Positions 13,977-22,608 of a DNA stretch of 35,728 nt are shown one piece after another (position 1 is the first letter of the stretch; each line of letters begins with the position of its first letter). The stretch is from IMG/VR virus record IMGVR_UViG_3300045988_069534; one strand, written 5' to 3'. Made by a program: the position numbers and the translations under genes. Source of the stretch: a virus. Under the pieces are notes generated by a model that was not told the DNA's origin, searched no databases, and saw only the letters and a program-made list of their open reading frames with translations.

Positions 13977-14074
13977 CTACATAAGAAAACCGCCCCGGTG
14001 CTGGTAACACTTGGGCGGCTGCAATCTCCGATTGATCGGGCTTGCTATTTAATTCTCGCAAAATTATTATAGCA

Positions 14075-14118
14075 AAAGCCCTTCAATAAAGCAACGGAAA
14101 AGGGGCTTTTATTTTTTG
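14075..14118 (+). terminator. possible terminator between the moron genes and int
   Basis: AAAGCCC (14075..14081) pairs with GGGCTTT (14103..14109) across a 21-nt loop, followed by TATTTTTT. Confidence 0.35.
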
Positions 14119-14158
14119 CGCCTTTTTTCCGGTAATATACAGAAAGAAGGTGCTTTTT

Positions 14159-15253
14159 ATGGCAATGAAAAGAGCAAACGGCGACGGATCCGTCTTCAAA
14201 CTCACCGGGAAACGTCGCAAACCATGGGCTGCACGAATTACAATCGGCTGGCGTCTCGATCCTGCGTCCGGGAAGCTGACGCAGGAATACCAGCTGATCG
14301 GAACCTTTGCAACCCGGATCGAAGCTGAAACGGCTTTGAACGATTTCTTGCAGAATCCCTATGACATCAACGCACACAAGCTGACGTTTTCCGAAGTGTA
14401 CGACCTCTGGTCAAAGGAATACTACGCCACCTTGAAGAACGATTCCAGCGCCCGCAGCTACCGGGCGGCATACAAATACTGCGAACCGATCTTCAATGTC
14501 CGAATGCGTGATCTTCGCGTCTCCCACATGCAGGGCGTGATCAGTGACGCTGTTGTCGGTGATGCAACAAAAAGCCGCATGAAGTCGCTTTTCAATCTCA
14601 TGTACAAATACTGCATGATCCATGAAATTGTTGACAAGGACTACAGCGCACTATTTGTTCAAAAAGCAGGCAAACGTGACAAGGCTAAGCGTGTACCGTT
14701 CAAAAATAGCGAAGTGCAGCGCCTGTGGAAGATCCGCAGCTTTGGTGTTACGGACATGATTCTATTTTCCATGTACACGGGCTTTCGCCCTTCGGAAGTG
14801 TTGCTGATCGAAACTGTAAACGTGGATCTTGTGCGCTGGAGAATCAAAGGCGGCATCAAAACGGACGCCGGGATCGACCGGAGCGTCCCGGTGCATCCAT
14901 TGATCCGTCAGCTGGTACAGGATCACTATAACCCAGATAGCAAATACCTGTTCCCGAATGAGACTGGCGGCTTTATGACATACGATCAATACCGTGGGCG
15001 CTTCAAAAAGGTTATGCGCTATCTTGGGATCTCCCACACGCCGCATGAGCCGCGGCATACATTTATTTCATGTGCAAAGCATTTCAAGGTGAATGAAAAC
15101 TTGCTGAAAGCTATTGTCGGACATAAGATCAGAGACATAACAGAAGCCGTCTACACTCACAGGGCGTACAGCGATTATGAAGAAGCTGTGGCAATGATCA
15201 GCTATGATGGTGAAGACATAGAATTTGAATCAATCGACGCTGAATGGGATTGA
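14159..15253 (+). CDS. int: tyrosine recombinase / phage integrase
   Basis: C-terminal catalytic pattern (HEPRHTFIS...IVGHKIRDITEAVYTHR). N-terminal arm-binding-like NGDGSVFKL...RKPWAARI. ATG 14159 lies 6 nt after AGAAGGTG; the ORF-track GTG start at 14150 is inside the RBS. Confidence 0.93.
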   Translation: MAMKRANGDGSVFKLTGKRRKPWAARITIGWRLDPASGKLTQEYQLIGTFATRIEAETALNDFLQNPYDINAHKLTFSEVYDLWSKEYYATLKNDSSARSYRAAYKYCEPIFNVRMRDLRVSHMQGVISDAVVGDATKSRMKSLFNLMYKYCMIHEIVDKDYSALFVQKAGKRDKAKRVPFKNSEVQRLWKIRSFGVTDMILFSMYTGFRPSEVLLIETVNVDLVRWRIKGGIKTDAGIDRSVPVHPLIRQLVQDHYNPDSKYLFPNETGGFMTYDQYRGRFKKVMRYLGISHTPHEPRHTFISCAKHFKVNENLLKAIVGHKIRDITEAVYTHRAYSDYEEAVAMISYDGEDIEFESIDAEWD

Positions 15254-15276
15254 CGCCCGATCAGCTGCATACAGAA

Positions 15277-15310
15277 AGCCCCCAGATCAATTTCTGGGGG
15301 CTTAATTGTT
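15277..15310 (+). terminator. intrinsic terminator after int
   Basis: 10-bp stem AGCCCCCAGA (15277..15286) / TCTGGGGGCT (15293..15302), followed by TAATTGTTT. Confidence 0.7.
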
Positions 15311-15537
15311 TGTGTATTACCGCTGTTTATTACCTGTGTATTTCCCGTGTACTATGTGTACGTTTTCATGGGTTTTCATAGGTTTTGCCGCGGCGCAGAA
15401 CCCGCATAAATACTGGATTCTTTAGAATTTCCCTGCTTCGGCTGCTTCCTCAACGGAAGCTGTCGCATGCTGTTTTTCTGGGTTTTTCGCGCCTTTTGTG
15501 TATTGCGCGTTGTTTATGTTCCGGTGTTACCCGGTTT
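15303..15537. other. probable attP region (non-coding, between int and the endolysin stop)
   Basis: 235 bp with no credible ORF. Short direct repeats: TGTGTATT three times, TATTACC twice, GTTTTCAT twice at 10-bp phasing. Small hairpin GCTTCC-TCAAC-GGAAGC at about 15444..15460. The core cannot be defined without a host site. Confidence 0.35.
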
Positions 15538-16476
15538 TCAAAGGGCTTTCACAGCCGCGATCAGAGCCGCACGCGTCTTCTTTCCGCATTTCTTGTCCGG
15601 TTCCTTGGTGCTGTACGTTTCCTTGTGTGCTGTCTGGAATGCCACCAGTGCTGCTTCTGTTCTCTTGCCGAAGGATCCGTCAAGATTGCTTTTTCCTTCT
15701 GCGGTGTGCGATTTCAGAACGCCTACTTTGATCAAGTGCCACTGTAACCATTTTACATATTCCACCTTCTGTGCCAGTCTTCCCCGGTACAGTGTATATG
15801 TCGGTTCTGCATACGGCGTGCTGTAGTCCTTCGGGGCTTCGTTCTGCTCCAGATCTTCGTAGATCAGATCGAGGTCAACGCTTGTGCTGATTCCGTCCAC
15901 GCGTCCTGTTGAAGAATACTGCCATCCGAAAAGTTCCTGTGTGATCTGCGGCTTGTATTTATCGTTCGGCGTGTCTTCCAGCTGCATTTCCTTTTTTGAC
16001 GGATAGCGTGCCACCCAGAATCTACAGGAAAACGCTGTCGGATCCAGTACGTTTTTGTACCAGTCCACATTGCAGTAAATACCGAATTCATACCCGGCGG
16101 CTTCTATGATCACTTTAGCAACTTTTATAAGTGCTGTCAACTTCTCTTTTCCCAGCTGGCGCAGCGTCTTGTCTTCCATGTCCCACCAGACTGTGCAGTC
16201 CTCGACGCCGCATGATTTCAGCAGATCAACGACCTGCTGTGCTTCCGTCTTCTGTTTTTCCGGTGTGGTTCCGTAGCTGTACTTGTAGACGTCAAACGGA
16301 ATCCCCTGCGCCCTAACTCCAGCCAGATTGTTGTGAAACTGATAGTCTGTTTTCCCGGATCCTCTGACCGAACGCAGTACAGCGAAGGCGACGCCCGCCG
16401 CCTTCACCTTCCCCCAGTCGATCACTTTCTGATTGTCCGAAACGTCAATCCCTCTTCTGGTTCTCTGTACTGTCAT
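15538..16476 (-). CDS. endolysin: GH25 muramidase plus C-terminal PG_binding_1 domain
   Basis: GIDVSDNQKVIDWGKVKAAGVAFAVLRS matches the GH25 N-terminus. C-terminal YVKWLQWHLIKVGVL...DGSFGKRTEAALVAFQ matches PG_binding_1. ATG 16476 with GGAAGGAGAA 8 nt upstream is preferred over ATG 16503. Confidence 0.92.
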   Translation of the reverse strand: MTVQRTRRGIDVSDNQKVIDWGKVKAAGVAFAVLRSVRGSGKTDYQFHNNLAGVRAQGIPFDVYKYSYGTTPEKQKTEAQQVVDLLKSCGVEDCTVWWDMEDKTLRQLGKEKLTALIKVAKVIIEAAGYEFGIYCNVDWYKNVLDPTAFSCRFWVARYPSKKEMQLEDTPNDKYKPQITQELFGWQYSSTGRVDGISTSVDLDLIYEDLEQNEAPKDYSTPYAEPTYTLYRGRLAQKVEYVKWLQWHLIKVGVLKSHTAEGKSNLDGSFGKRTEAALVAFQTAHKETYSTKEPDKKCGKKTRAALIAAVKAL

Positions 16477-16945
16477 TTCCGAATTCTCCTTCCTGTTTTG
16501 CATTCATGATCTTTTCTGTCACTGCAAGTCCTTTTACAAGAACATGCGGTACATTGTAACCGCATTCTACAAGGTTCTCCAGAATGCTTCGTGCTTCATT
16601 CACGATCAGCATTGCAACCACCCACCATCCGATCATTGTCAAGAATGCCAGATTGATTCCCAGCACGTCGTTTCCTAAGTGTACGAACACGCCGGAAATA
16701 ATGAAAGCCACAAGAATGATCGCCCAGTAGCCCAGCTTCTTTACAATGCCGATCAGTCCTGTTTTGCTGCTTTCTTCCTTCTTCTTGTGCGATTTATACC
16801 AGCCAGTAAGCCAGTCAATCACATTCAGCAGCAAAAAGGCTGCGAATACATACCAGTAAATACCGAATACAGCTGTCAGAATCGCTACGGCTGCGCCTGC
16901 GATCGCGTTGTACTTGTCCATGAATCCCTGTGCATAATTAGTCAT
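16445..16945 (-). CDS. holin (phage_holin_4_1 / toxin secretion-phage lysis holin family pattern)
   Basis: Multiple TM segments and the family-typical LLLNVIDWLTGWYKS...GIVKKLGYW...VNEARSILENL. Lies immediately upstream of the lysin. RBS GAGGGGGA. Confidence 0.88.
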   Translation of the reverse strand: MTNYAQGFMDKYNAIAGAAVAILTAVFGIYWYVFAAFLLLNVIDWLTGWYKSHKKKEESSKTGLIGIVKKLGYWAIILVAFIISGVFVHLGNDVLGINLAFLTMIGWWVVAMLIVNEARSILENLVECGYNVPHVLVKGLAVTEKIMNAKQEGEFGNDSTENQKRD

Positions 16946-16960
16946 TTTTCTTGTCCCCCT

Positions 16961-17179
16961 CTACATGCTTTCGCCGTTTTCGTCGTAGCCGTCCGCTTTC
17001 AACGCTTCGATTACAGCTTCTTTGTGTTTCTCCGGTACGTCGTCGATCGTGATATATGTTTCTCCGTCCTCTGCGCCCTTCTCGATCACACGCTTTGCAA
17101 CTTCTACAATATGTTTTGTAGGAACGCTGCTGATCTCTCTGGATCCAACAATCACCAATTTTACATATACGCTTGTCAT
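16961..17179 (-). CDS. small hypothetical protein (72 aa; VYVKLVIVGSREISSVP resembles CD1375/XkdX-like tail-lysis junction proteins)
   Basis: ATG 17179 forms an ATGA overlap with the upstream stop. RBS AGGGGGAAA. Confidence 0.6.
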   Translation of the reverse strand: MTSVYVKLVIVGSREISSVPTKHIVEVAKRVIEKGAEDGETYITIDDVPEKHKEAVIEALKADGYDENGESM

Positions 17180-17541
17180 ACTTTGTTTTCCCCCTGTTCG
17201 TAAATTTCCGCGATCCCTTCCATGATCGCCCGCTGGTTGTCTGCTGTCTTCATTACCTCTTCGTACAGCGCCGCTACAGCTTCCAGCTGTGCTGTTGCGT
17301 TGTCCTGCATCTGTCGTGCCAGCGGCGTGTCAAGCTGTGCCACTTCCGCTGCGTATTCTTCGTACTGTGCCAGCGTCATGTCTGCATATTCATATACCCA
17401 GACTTTCTGCTTTCCTGTTTCGGTTGTGCGTGTTTCTCTTGTGATGTTCCGGCGTACTTTGATACGACCTGTTCCCATGATAATTTCTTCCGGGCGTGCC
17501 GTTTCGGTAGTTTCACCGGGTTTCCAGTTAGGCTGCTGCAT
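17176..17541 (-). CDS. hypothetical protein (121 aa)
   Basis: ATG 17541 with AAAGGAAG upstream. Overlaps the RT stop by 14 nt. The ORF-track start at 17565 is less likely. Confidence 0.6.
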   Translation of the reverse strand: MQQPNWKPGETTETARPEEIIMGTGRIKVRRNITRETRTTETGKQKVWVYEYADMTLAQYEEYAAEVAQLDTPLARQMQDNATAQLEAVAALYEEVMKTADNQRAIMEGIAEIYEQGENKV

Positions 17542-18790
17542 AGTTCGCACTTCCTTTCTTTCCATGTTTGGAAACTTTCTTTTTCAGCTGCTTTATATTT
17601 ATAAATGGACTGATCCAGCATGCAAAGACGTTGTACGAATTTGTATGCTTAAAATAGCCCATGCGGCTGATCATGCTGCTGGCGTCCAGCCAGTTGATCT
17701 TCTGCTTTTTACTTATTTTCCTTGCTTTTCGTGTGATCCTGTACAGAATCGCTTTTCTGATCGTCGTTCGTGTCCTTCTGAACAGAAAGCCCATGAAGTC
17801 CAGTGCGCGTCCGATCTCCCTTGTTACTATTTTCTTTTTCCCGTGTCTGTCGATTGTCTCCACTTCGTATTCCTTCGATAATGGGAATATCTGTTTTGTG
17901 TCTTTTATGATTAGACCCAGCTTTTCTTCGCAAAATGCTTCGATCCTCTCCAGCGCGACTTTCAGATCTCTTTTGTTTGCTCCGAAACACACTATATCGT
18001 CAACATACCGGACGCCATATTTTACGCCGCAAGCATATTTCGGCACTTTCCCGGCTGTTTTCCCTTTTCTCTTTGTTCTGGCGATATATTGCGCTGTCTT
18101 CTTTTCCTTTTCCGGTTTCCAGATCTCCTGTTTTATGTAATGATCTAAGTCTTGCAAATAAAAATTCGCCAGCCATTGACTTGTATAATAGCCCAGCGGC
18201 AAACCTTCCGGCACAGCGTCAATAATAATGTCCAGCAGGCGCAGTGTTTTTTCATCTGCAATCACTCTACGCAGTTTTGCTTTTAATCTGTCGTGTGGTA
18301 TGCTCTCGAAGAAATGGCGAACGTCAATTTTCAAAACATACTTCGTGTTTTTCCGGTCATTTCTGATCCAGCGTTCAATGTATTTCTTCCCATAATGCGC
18401 GCCGCGTCCTTTTATGGGTCCGCAAGAAAATTCATACGCGCCACGGTTTAGAACCTTTTTCAAAGTCGGATCTTTTGCAAGTTCTTCTGGTTTTGGTGCT
18501 AAGATCTGTATAATTGCATGGTGTACCACCTGTTCATATTTGTAGTACGGCTTTATGATCCTGCGCTTTTTCTGCTTGAATCCGTCGTTGATCTCTTGCG
18601 GTATGTGGTGCGCTGGTCTGAATTCTTCTTTTTTCAGTATTTCATGCAATATGCAGACATGTTCGTCTATATTATTCAGAATCTGGCGCACATCCCGTCT
18701 GTTTTTCTTTCCTTTTGCTGCTGCATAGAATGCCTTTTTCAGATTTTCTTCTGAAATAATCTTTTCGTATAGATTTTTGTAGGTTTTCAT
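17528..18790 (-). CDS. reverse transcriptase, diversity-generating retroelement (DGR) type
   Basis: NLYEKIISEENLKKAFYAAAKGKK, VVHHAI, YVLKIDVRHFFESIPHDRL, GLPLGYYTSQWLANFYLQDLDHYIK (SQ..AN signature), RYVDDIV and C-terminal SSMISRMGYFKHTNS. RBS GAAAGGAAG. Confidence 0.9.
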   Translation of the reverse strand: MKTYKNLYEKIISEENLKKAFYAAAKGKKNRRDVRQILNNIDEHVCILHEILKKEEFRPAHHIPQEINDGFKQKKRRIIKPYYKYEQVVHHAIIQILAPKPEELAKDPTLKKVLNRGAYEFSCGPIKGRGAHYGKKYIERWIRNDRKNTKYVLKIDVRHFFESIPHDRLKAKLRRVIADEKTLRLLDIIIDAVPEGLPLGYYTSQWLANFYLQDLDHYIKQEIWKPEKEKKTAQYIARTKRKGKTAGKVPKYACGVKYGVRYVDDIVCFGANKRDLKVALERIEAFCEEKLGLIIKDTKQIFPLSKEYEVETIDRHGKKKIVTREIGRALDFMGFLFRRTRTTIRKAILYRITRKARKISKKQKINWLDASSMISRMGYFKHTNSYNVFACWISPFINIKQLKKKVSKHGKKGSANYAAA

Positions 18791-18911
18791 GGATCTTCCT
18801 TTCTATTCCCTCTAGGGCTTTCCACTCTGGTACTTGCCCCGCCTACTTCGGGGTATCATTTCAAGCCGTTGGCTTCCGAATAATGTGTGCATTATGTTAT
18901 TGATCCATTTT
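18791..18911 (-). other. 121-nt structured spacer between the tail-fibre stop and the RT start (possible DGR Sp-like RNA element)
   Basis: Minus strand contains ATAATG-CACA-CATTAT (plus 18880..18895), AAGCC-AAC-GGCTT, CCCCG-AAGTAGG-CGGGG and CCCT-AG-AGGG. No ORF. Confidence 0.3.
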
Positions 18912-19090
18912 TTACAGAAATGAGCGCGCGGAAATGTTCCAGTTCGTATTCGACACAAGATTGTTGACATTCACAGCGCCGCCGCAAAGCAAGGAATTGT
19001 TGCAGCTGCCGTCCACAATCGCGTGATCTACCTGTCCGGCGTTGTACCAGCCACCGCAGCAATAATATGTGTCACTGCTGCCCCCTAACT
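18912..19090 (-). other. candidate DGR variable-repeat-like segment (single copy in window)
   Basis: Encodes ...YYCCGGWYNAGQVDHAIVDGSCNNSLLCGGAVNVNNLVSNTNWNISARSFL, an Mtd/CLec-like pattern ending N.S.N.N.NI(G/S)AR. All 9 Asn codons are AAC/AAT. GC-rich CCGCGCGC lies near the 3' end. Confidence 0.5.
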
Positions 19091-20438
19091 CCGTAGGGAA
19101 ACAACCTTGCTTCGTCATTACCTGTTTTTTGATGTAACCGCCAGACGTGCCGGACATTGAAAGCCCGGTGTTTATATATCCGTCTCCAGTCTCGTTGTAC
19201 GGTTCCGATTCTTTCACGTAATACTTACCGCCCACGTAAAGCAGCCCGTTGATTCTTTCCCATGCTCCCGCCTGCTGCTCGCAGTGCATAAACTTTCGCG
19301 GCTTGTTTACTTTTGATCCGTAACCGTAAAATCTGCCACCAGTCAGCAGTGTTCCTGTTCTTGACAGGTTGTTTGCCTGTGTGCCGCCCGTATAATTACC
19401 ATATCCGCACGCATCCTGCTTGTTTGTGGATCTTGTGAACAATGTTTCCAGTTCCCAACGCAGCTGCACGATTGAAAAATACCCAGTATTCCACAATGCA
19501 CCGTTGTTCTTTGCGAATGTGATTTCGTTTGTGCCCGTCTGGCTGGTCATTTGACCTTGACCAGCGATCGACCGCAGCTTGTTTAAAATTAAGCTGCCCG
19601 TAAACATAGGGTAAAAGGTGTACGGCTCGATTGATCCGTCCGCGCGTGTGAACGCTCCAGCTGTGAAGTCGTCGTCCAGCTGTGTGTCGCAGAATAAATG
19701 GTACTGTTTGTTGTCTTCTGTGTATCTCTTTACCCAGATCAGCGGTATGGTAGCCATGGCGTTTCCTGCATAAGTCGCATTTGATACGTCGGAAGCTGTC
19801 ACGCCGTCGATTTTCTTTGAATAGTCCGTGTGACACAATTCATAGTCAATCGTGCCGTCATTTTTCACCATGTACGGACGGTTCCCGCGCAGGATCCAGC
19901 AGTTTTCTTCGCTCCATGTTCCTTCTGTCCAGCCGCCCGTATTGTCAGCCACAACGCGCATGGGTTCAAAGCCTGCATTCATTTCAATGTAGTGGATCTT
20001 TGTTTCCGGGTTGCTGTCTGTCAGATCGTCATAATATCCAAAAAGCGTGTATGCCTGCGGCACAACCTTTGCTACGTTTGCGGCGTTCCGATTGAATAAC
20101 CCGTAATCATTGAATGGAAATGCTGCCACATAGTAAGTCGTGCCATTCACAAGCCCAGAATGCAGCAGCGCGTTTGCTTTGTACTTGTCAAGCTGCGTCA
20201 CTTCTTCGATCAGCGTTCCGTCGTCCTCTGTTTCCGGTGCTGTTCCCTCTTTGATCAAAAGTCTGTAGCCTTTTACGGTACAGATCAGCTGATTGTCAAT
20301 CACTGTGTCTTTTGGCGGTCTTACTCTGATCTTTGCCCCGCCGTCCATTGCCATGACGTTGATCGCTTCTACATTGTCCGGCGCAATTCCATTTTTCATG
20401 TTATCCAGAATATACTTTGCTGCTACAAAATCACTCAT
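18912..20438 (-). CDS. tail fibre / receptor-binding protein, putative DGR target (508 aa)
   Basis: Last large tail gene. FN3-like segment (TVKGYRLLIKEGTAPETEDDGTLIEE...TTYYVAAFPFNDYG). C-type-lectin/Mtd-like C-terminus. Start overlaps the upstream stop. Confidence 0.8.
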   Translation of the reverse strand: MSDFVAAKYILDNMKNGIAPDNVEAINVMAMDGGAKIRVRPPKDTVIDNQLICTVKGYRLLIKEGTAPETEDDGTLIEEVTQLDKYKANALLHSGLVNGTTYYVAAFPFNDYGLFNRNAANVAKVVPQAYTLFGYYDDLTDSNPETKIHYIEMNAGFEPMRVVADNTGGWTEGTWSEENCWILRGNRPYMVKNDGTIDYELCHTDYSKKIDGVTASDVSNATYAGNAMATIPLIWVKRYTEDNKQYHLFCDTQLDDDFTAGAFTRADGSIEPYTFYPMFTGSLILNKLRSIAGQGQMTSQTGTNEITFAKNNGALWNTGYFSIVQLRWELETLFTRSTNKQDACGYGNYTGGTQANNLSRTGTLLTGGRFYGYGSKVNKPRKFMHCEQQAGAWERINGLLYVGGKYYVKESEPYNETGDGYINTGLSMSGTSGGYIKKQVMTKQGCFPTELGGSSDTYYCCGGWYNAGQVDHAIVDGSCNNSLLCGGAVNVNNLVSNTNWNISARSFL

Positions 20439-21459
20439 TTTTCACAATCCTTTCTGTTATGCCGTTTGATCCGAATGTCGTTGTTTTTGTGTATCTGTCG
20501 CCGGACGCCAGCACATATTCTTCGTTTATCTTCTGTTTTGAAACAAAAGTCGTGGTCTTTACATTCCCGATCTTGTCTGTCTGTGTGATTGTTCCGTCTG
20601 TATTGAATGTCGTGTCGCATGCAGTGAACCCGGCAAGTGCTAAGTTCAAGCCGTCTTCGATCTCCAGATATGCGACGCCGCCTGCTGCCCCGACGGTCGC
20701 TTTCTGCATTTTCTCGTTGATCAGTAAAAGCAGATTTCCGGCTGCGTTTCCGTCCAGAATATTTTTGATTGATTCCACCCACGCTTCAAACGCCGCCTTT
20801 TGCTGCTGTTCGTATGCCGTGAATTCTTCGTCCATGCTGTCATATCGCGTCTGCGCCTGTGTCTCCAGCGAAGCGATATTCTGCAAATATGCTGCGTATT
20901 CTGCCGTCACATCCGCTTTGTATGCTGCAAAAAACGCGTCAAACTGTGCTGTGATCTGCGCGAAGCTGATCTGCTGCACTGCTCCACATACCCAGCCGCA
21001 CAATTCATCATTCATTCTGGTGTCTTCGATCATGTCCTGTGTGATCGCTGTCGTTCCTGCTTCCACATTCACGCGGGCAATAATCAGATCGTGAATTGTC
21101 GCTGTGATCTCCGGTTCCTTCGCTGTGGCTGCTCCCGAATAATAGTTTCCAGTGACTGTCAGTGCTTTGATCCATCTGTTTGACAGATCCAGCTGTACGA
21201 CGATATTGTCTATTCTGTTCATGTTTCCGCTTGCCGTCTCCAGATCCACTGTCAACGGCTCTGTCAAGTGGTATGCGTACCCGTCGATCCATGCGTAGCC
21301 CGGCGCGATTGTCGCTGTCATATTATCATTTGCAGTTACTGCAAGCCCGCCATTAAACACACCGCTTTTGAATAACGGGTAGAAATAATCAGCCCAGTGC
21401 CGCGCATTGTATACGCGGTCATGGTCTTTTGAATTAAAAAAACTATATTGTTCTGCCAT
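20431..21459 (-). CDS. tail fibre / baseplate-associated structural protein (342 aa)
   Basis: Lies between the Tal-like gene and the distal fibre. The N-terminal pattern YSFFNSKDHDRVYNARHWADYFYPLFKSGVFNGGLAV...GYAWIDGYAY is common in Firmicutes phage fibre proteins. RBS AAGGAAGGGG. Confidence 0.7.
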   Translation of the reverse strand: MAEQYSFFNSKDHDRVYNARHWADYFYPLFKSGVFNGGLAVTANDNMTATIAPGYAWIDGYAYHLTEPLTVDLETASGNMNRIDNIVVQLDLSNRWIKALTVTGNYYSGAATAKEPEITATIHDLIIARVNVEAGTTAITQDMIEDTRMNDELCGWVCGAVQQISFAQITAQFDAFFAAYKADVTAEYAAYLQNIASLETQAQTRYDSMDEEFTAYEQQQKAAFEAWVESIKNILDGNAAGNLLLLINEKMQKATVGAAGGVAYLEIEDGLNLALAGFTACDTTFNTDGTITQTDKIGNVKTTTFVSKQKINEEYVLASGDRYTKTTTFGSNGITERIVKNE

Positions 21460-21474
21460 GCTTGCCCCTTCCTT

Positions 21475-22596
21475 TTAGTTGTCCGATAGATCTACACTAT
21501 CCGGCAGAGGATCCCCGAACGTCGGGACAATGGAAAAGCCGCCGTTTTCGTAGATCTCCTGTATTTCCGTGATCCTTTTGTCCATTTCGATTCCCCATGC
21601 TTTCTTTCTGACCGTGACTATATCGCCCAGATCATAGTCTTTCTTGTATGAGAAATTCACAAACGGCAGCGTGGCTGCTTCTAAGCATTCCACGATCCCG
21701 CATTCTGCCAGCTTTTCTGTTCCTCTCTGGATCAGTGCCGCTGTATATTGCTGTGTCGTCATGTCTGTTCTTGATATGTCGCGGGCGTCTACCATCAGTT
21801 CGCGCCTGTTCCATCCTGTCGCCTGTTCGTCGATTGTCGCTTCCGCAACCGTTCGCGCCGTTCCTTCGCCGTCCCCGCATACGATCGCATGTGTTTTGTA
21901 TAGCTGATCGTTTGTGGTGAATGTGGCTTTGTTAATATTTTTGTACACTTCCGAAAAAGTCACGCGCTTGTTTCCTGTCTGGTTCTCCGTGTGGTCTTTC
22001 CCTTCGTAGACTTCAAAATAATAGACTTTGTTTTTGAAATCTGCCCGGACGCGAAAGCCTAAGTTGCTACACGCTGAAAGTTTTGTCAGATATGTGTACA
22101 AGTCTTTGTATGACACTTGGAAGGTCACAGCTTCGCCGATCCCCTTCTTTTCTCCCAGCTGTAGCAGCGGAAGTGGTGACGTGACGCTGATCGCTGCCTT
22201 GTCCACCAGAAGCCGCATGGCGTCTTCGTATGTGCCAGACGTGAACGCGATCACTGTTTTTATACCTCGCCTTGATAACCCGGAAGAAAGCATGCGTCCC
22301 GTCGCCGTGATCTCGTTGCTGTAATCGTCCACCGCCATTCCTTCTACAAAAGCGCTTTCGACGGATCCTGTCATGGTTAGTATGTTTCCTTTTTGTAAAA
22401 GTTCCAGATTTTTTTCTGTCAGTGCTGCGTGCAGTTCTACCGTTCCGGCTTCTTTGTATTTCCGCGTCCAGATCAATGATCTGTATACGTCGATTACTCC
22501 CTTTCTTTGTAGGGCTTGATCGTATATTTTTACCTGTTTTTCCTGTCGCATCAATACTGCTGCGCTTGCCTGTGCTGTTGCCTTTGTCTGTTCCAT
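21475..22596 (-). CDS. Tal-like tail-tip protein (ReqiPepy6 Gp37-like pattern)
   Basis: Follows Dit. IYDQALQRKGVIDVYRSLIWTRKYKEAGTVELH fits the Gp37-like N-terminus. ATG 22596 with AAGGGGGTG upstream. Confidence 0.65.
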   Translation of the reverse strand: MEQTKATAQASAAVLMRQEKQVKIYDQALQRKGVIDVYRSLIWTRKYKEAGTVELHAALTEKNLELLQKGNILTMTGSVESAFVEGMAVDDYSNEITATGRMLSSGLSRRGIKTVIAFTSGTYEDAMRLLVDKAAISVTSPLPLLQLGEKKGIGEAVTFQVSYKDLYTYLTKLSACSNLGFRVRADFKNKVYYFEVYEGKDHTENQTGNKRVTFSEVYKNINKATFTTNDQLYKTHAIVCGDGEGTARTVAEATIDEQATGWNRRELMVDARDISRTDMTTQQYTAALIQRGTEKLAECGIVECLEAATLPFVNFSYKKDYDLGDIVTVRKKAWGIEMDKRITEIQEIYENGGFSIVPTFGDPLPDSVDLSDN

Positions 22597-22608
22597 AATC
22601 ACACCCCC

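Noticed and set aside
13987-14020. CCGCCC...GGGCGG hairpin after the small basic ORF as a terminator
   Set aside because: The stem is only 6 bp with a 17-nt loop and has no following T-run. It is too weak to call.
14045-14377. 110-aa minus-strand ORF overlapping the integrase start
   Set aside because: It is antisense to a high-confidence integrase gene and spans that gene's upstream terminator. It has no RBS.
15385-15826. Plus-strand ORFs (120, 119 and 77 aa) starting in the attP gap
   Set aside because: They have no RBS, are Cys/Phe/Leu/Arg-rich, and run antisense into the endolysin gene. I also checked this gap for tRNA-like cloverleaf segments and found none.
18791-18911. The 121-nt RT-upstream spacer as the template repeat itself
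   Set aside because: Its adenine-free stretches (for example GTAGGCGGGGC) have no second copy in the window. It does not resemble the tail-fibre 3' end.
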